Shown here: positions 62,076-64,000 of the stretch, one piece after another
Layout of the letters: each line of letters opens with the position of its first letter
Position numbering within the stretch: position 1 is the first letter of the stretch
Assembly (NCBI GenBank): GCA_963515485.1
Contig: CAUPWD010000004.1
Location: forward strand, 9,716 to 73,715
Length of the DNA: 64,000 nt
Direction: 5' to 3'
Source: an uncultured Candidatus Saccharibacteria bacterium
GTDB lineage: Bacteria; Patescibacteriota; Saccharimonadia; Saccharimonadales; Saccharimonadaceae
Notes under the pieces: generated by a model
What the model was told of the DNA's origin: nothing
What the model saw: only the letters and a program-made list of their open reading frames with translations
Databases searched by the model: none
Made by a program: the position numbers and the translations under genes

Positions 62076-64000
62076 ATGAAACGTGTCATGGGTCAGAAAA
62101 ACTTCTTTATCAAACATAAAGTAGAGTGTTTATTTACTCTACTATTTTTATTTATTGCAGGATTTTCCTTAATCAAATTTCTACCCATCTATGCTGTAAC
62201 CAAACCTGGAGCACCAGGCAAGAGTGAGGGTGGTACTGGCGATAAAAATGGCGACTGTTCCGGTACAATCTGTTACAGTATGTTTAAACCCTACGCCGGA
62301 GTCTCATGGGTACTATATAACTTCGACAAGATGGGGATTGGCAAGAATGACCGCGATCATATTCCATACTCACGATTCTTAACCAATACGGATCCGACCT
62401 ATCCAACTAATAACTCCCCCACTAAACTAAAACCTGGTGACAATGAAGTTTATGGTTGTGGCAAAAGCTCTGGTGTCTATATTTTTGTCTATAATTTTTA
62501 TAATAAAAATACTAAGGAAGCTACCGGAGCCGCTGCATTACCCTTGTACTACAAAAATTACCTAAAACATAGGTCTAGTGCAAACTATAATGTCATGCGC
62601 GGAAAAGGCAACCGTAAAAAAGATAATGAAGTTATGGATAACTACACATACAAAGATCGCAACGGAACGGCTGATCCGATTGAAGTTGAAAAATGGAACC
62701 GCGGTGAATTTTCTTGGTTCTGTACCAAAGACACCATCATTGATGAAGATGACGATAAAAACAAACCAGAACCCCCATCCACAGCTACCAACACCACCTG
62801 TAGTCAGATTTCTGGAGTTGAAGGAATGTATTACAAGGGAACTACCGGCGCAGATACTGGCGTAATTAACCATTCCTACACTGGCTCCTTAGGTCATAAT
62901 TCTTGGCAAAAAAATCTCAAAGGTAAAAATTTCGTCCTCGCAAGACCGGGCGATCGTGTGCAATTTTATGAAACTTTTTGTTTTCCAGTTCAACAAGTCG
63001 GACGGCAAACCAAAAATCAGCAAGTCAAATACGCCGAAGCTCCACCAGCTAGTCAATTCGAGATTTTTGCCGAAAAAAATGGCGGCAGAAATAACAATTA
63101 TCTTTTTGGTGATTCACCAGTTCACGATGGACAGATTCACTCCATCAATAATAGTAGCGCAAGACCAGTAACCGGAAGTGGCATTACCGCCGAAGATTAT
63201 GGATTCACCGCACTTTCGCCTACCCAAAAAGCTTCCTCTAACTATTCCTGTGATACTCGTTATTATAAAATCAATACACCTAAACTTACAGTTGGCTATC
63301 AAATACCTGGATTCCTCGATTATCAATCCGGTTGTGATTCTGCCGCCAAGACTGGGAACACCACGGAAGTTGGCACTGTAATTTCTCAAGGTATTCGCTA
63401 TAACAATCTTCGTGCTTGGTATCATGAATACACCACCTGGGAAAAAGAAAATAAACAAGTCAACCATTATCAAAATGATTCCTATGAAAGTGCTGTAGAT
63501 GGCGGGAGTTTGGGTTCGTGGGGTCATCAGACAAATCTCAAAAAAAGGAGACCTGTACCCGGCTCGAAATGTACGCCAACCCCTAATGGATGCAGTAGGC
63601 CAAAAGAAGATTATTATATTAGAAAATACATTGACGATACCGTCTCCACCCGCTCCGACGGCCAAGACACCTACCTTGAGAAAAAATCCTCTGTCTACAC
63701 CCCATATAATTTCAATACTTCTATCCATAGCTATATCGAATCTTCCGAAGGCGGTGTTGGTTTTATCGGTAATAAAATCAATATTAGCGCCAATTACGGC
63801 GTCACCCCACGTGAGAATACACTAATTTCCAAAACCCCATACGCCACCCATACTCGTCCCGATCAAACCGTCAAGGTCTACGAAATGATTGTTGACGAAA
63901 GCTATCCAGAATCCAGACTTCAGGAAGAAATCCGTACCAACAACACCATTTGTAATGGCACTGAACATTGCAATCTAGTCCACGAATTTTCAATAACCAT
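62076..64000 (+). CDS. Large secreted/surface protein, N-terminal part (continues past window end); absent from supplied ORF track
   Basis: I translated this frame by hand from ATG 62076 to the window end and found no stop. N-terminal TM/signal segment CLFTLLFLFIAGFSLIKFL. Shadow ORFs on other frames fit a real gene here. Confidence 0.7.
   Translation, partial: MKRVMGQKNFFIKHKVECLFTLLFLFIAGFSLIKFLPIYAVTKPGAPGKSEGGTGDKNGDCSGTICYSMFKPYAGVSWVLYNFDKMGIGKNDRDHIPYSRFLTNTDPTYPTNNSPTKLKPGDNEVYGCGKSSGVYIFVYNFYNKNTKEATGAAALPLYYKNYLKHRSSANYNVMRGKGNRKKDNEVMDNYTYKDRNGTADPIEVEKWNRGEFSWFCTKDTIIDEDDDKNKPEPPSTATNTTCSQISGVEGMYYKGTTGADTGVINHSYTGSLGHNSWQKNLKGKNFVLARPGDRVQFYETFCFPVQQVGRQTKNQQVKYAEAPPASQFEIFAEKNGGRNNNYLFGDSPVHDGQIHSINNSSARPVTGSGITAEDYGFTALSPTQKASSNYSCDTRYYKINTPKLTVGYQIPGFLDYQSGCDSAAKTGNTTEVGTVISQGIRYNNLRAWYHEYTTWEKENKQVNHYQNDSYESAVDGGSLGSWGHQTNLKKRRPVPGSKCTPTPNGCSRPKEDYYIRKYIDDTVSTRSDGQDTYLEKKSSVYTPYNFNTSIHSYIESSEGGVGFIGNKINISANYGVTPRENTLISKTPYATHTRPDQTVKVYEMIVDESYPESRLQEEIRTNNTICNGTEHCNLVHEFSIT

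Overview
This is a 64-kb, gene-dense, low-GC chromosomal segment. All family calls come from motifs I recognise in the translations; no searches were run.

Core content:
- nusB (partial), NUDIX hydrolase, rnc, rpsP and a KH-domain protein.
- rpoB and rpoC.
- A large ribosomal-protein/secY/infA/rpoA cluster (rplC to rpsI).
- glyA, an ABC transporter pair, trpS and two tRNA-Ala genes.

The likely source is a Candidate Phyla Radiation / Patescibacteria (Saccharibacteria-like) bacterium. This is an inference from three things. There is no L30 gene between rpsE and rplO. Gram-positive-type envelope genes are present (sortase, LCP, VanZ). Genes are tightly packed.

The ribosomal cluster is unusually fragmented by accessory insertions:
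- A radical-SAM/SPASM gene plus a Cys-rich precursor peptide sit between rpoC and rplC, where rpsJ is absent.
- A 2.7-kb AT-rich cassette lies between rpsH and rplF.
- A sortase and orphan genes lie between secY and infA, where adk and map are absent.

A polysaccharide locus spans about 35.2-50.3 kb. It encodes a GT1-GT1 fusion, Wzy, two GT2 enzymes, a pyruvyl transferase, Wzx, an LCP protein, VanZ and a Wzz/BY-kinase. It contains an AT-rich island of about 10 kb.

The distal end of that island carries the most interesting element. It is an AlbA_2-domain gene convergent with a 407-aa reverse transcriptase. Upstream of the RT, two 92-nt direct repeats are spaced exactly 336 nt (112 codons) apart, and one reading frame stays stop-free across the whole unit. 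This geometry is reminiscent of DRT2/neo-type rolling-circle cDNA gene synthesis but is architecturally different. It is a hypothesis that needs experimental and comparative testing.

Other recurring signals:
- Eleven genes have a TAnAAT box 6-7 nt upstream of the ATG, which suggests leaderless mRNAs.
- Several promoter-plus-terminator units contain no ORF and are candidate small RNAs.
- An iteron-like repeat cluster lies beside a tRNA-Ala gene.
- A duplicated promoter module precedes two orphan genes.

Three real genes are missing from the supplied ORF track: rpmC, rpmJ, and a long open-ended ORF starting at 62076.
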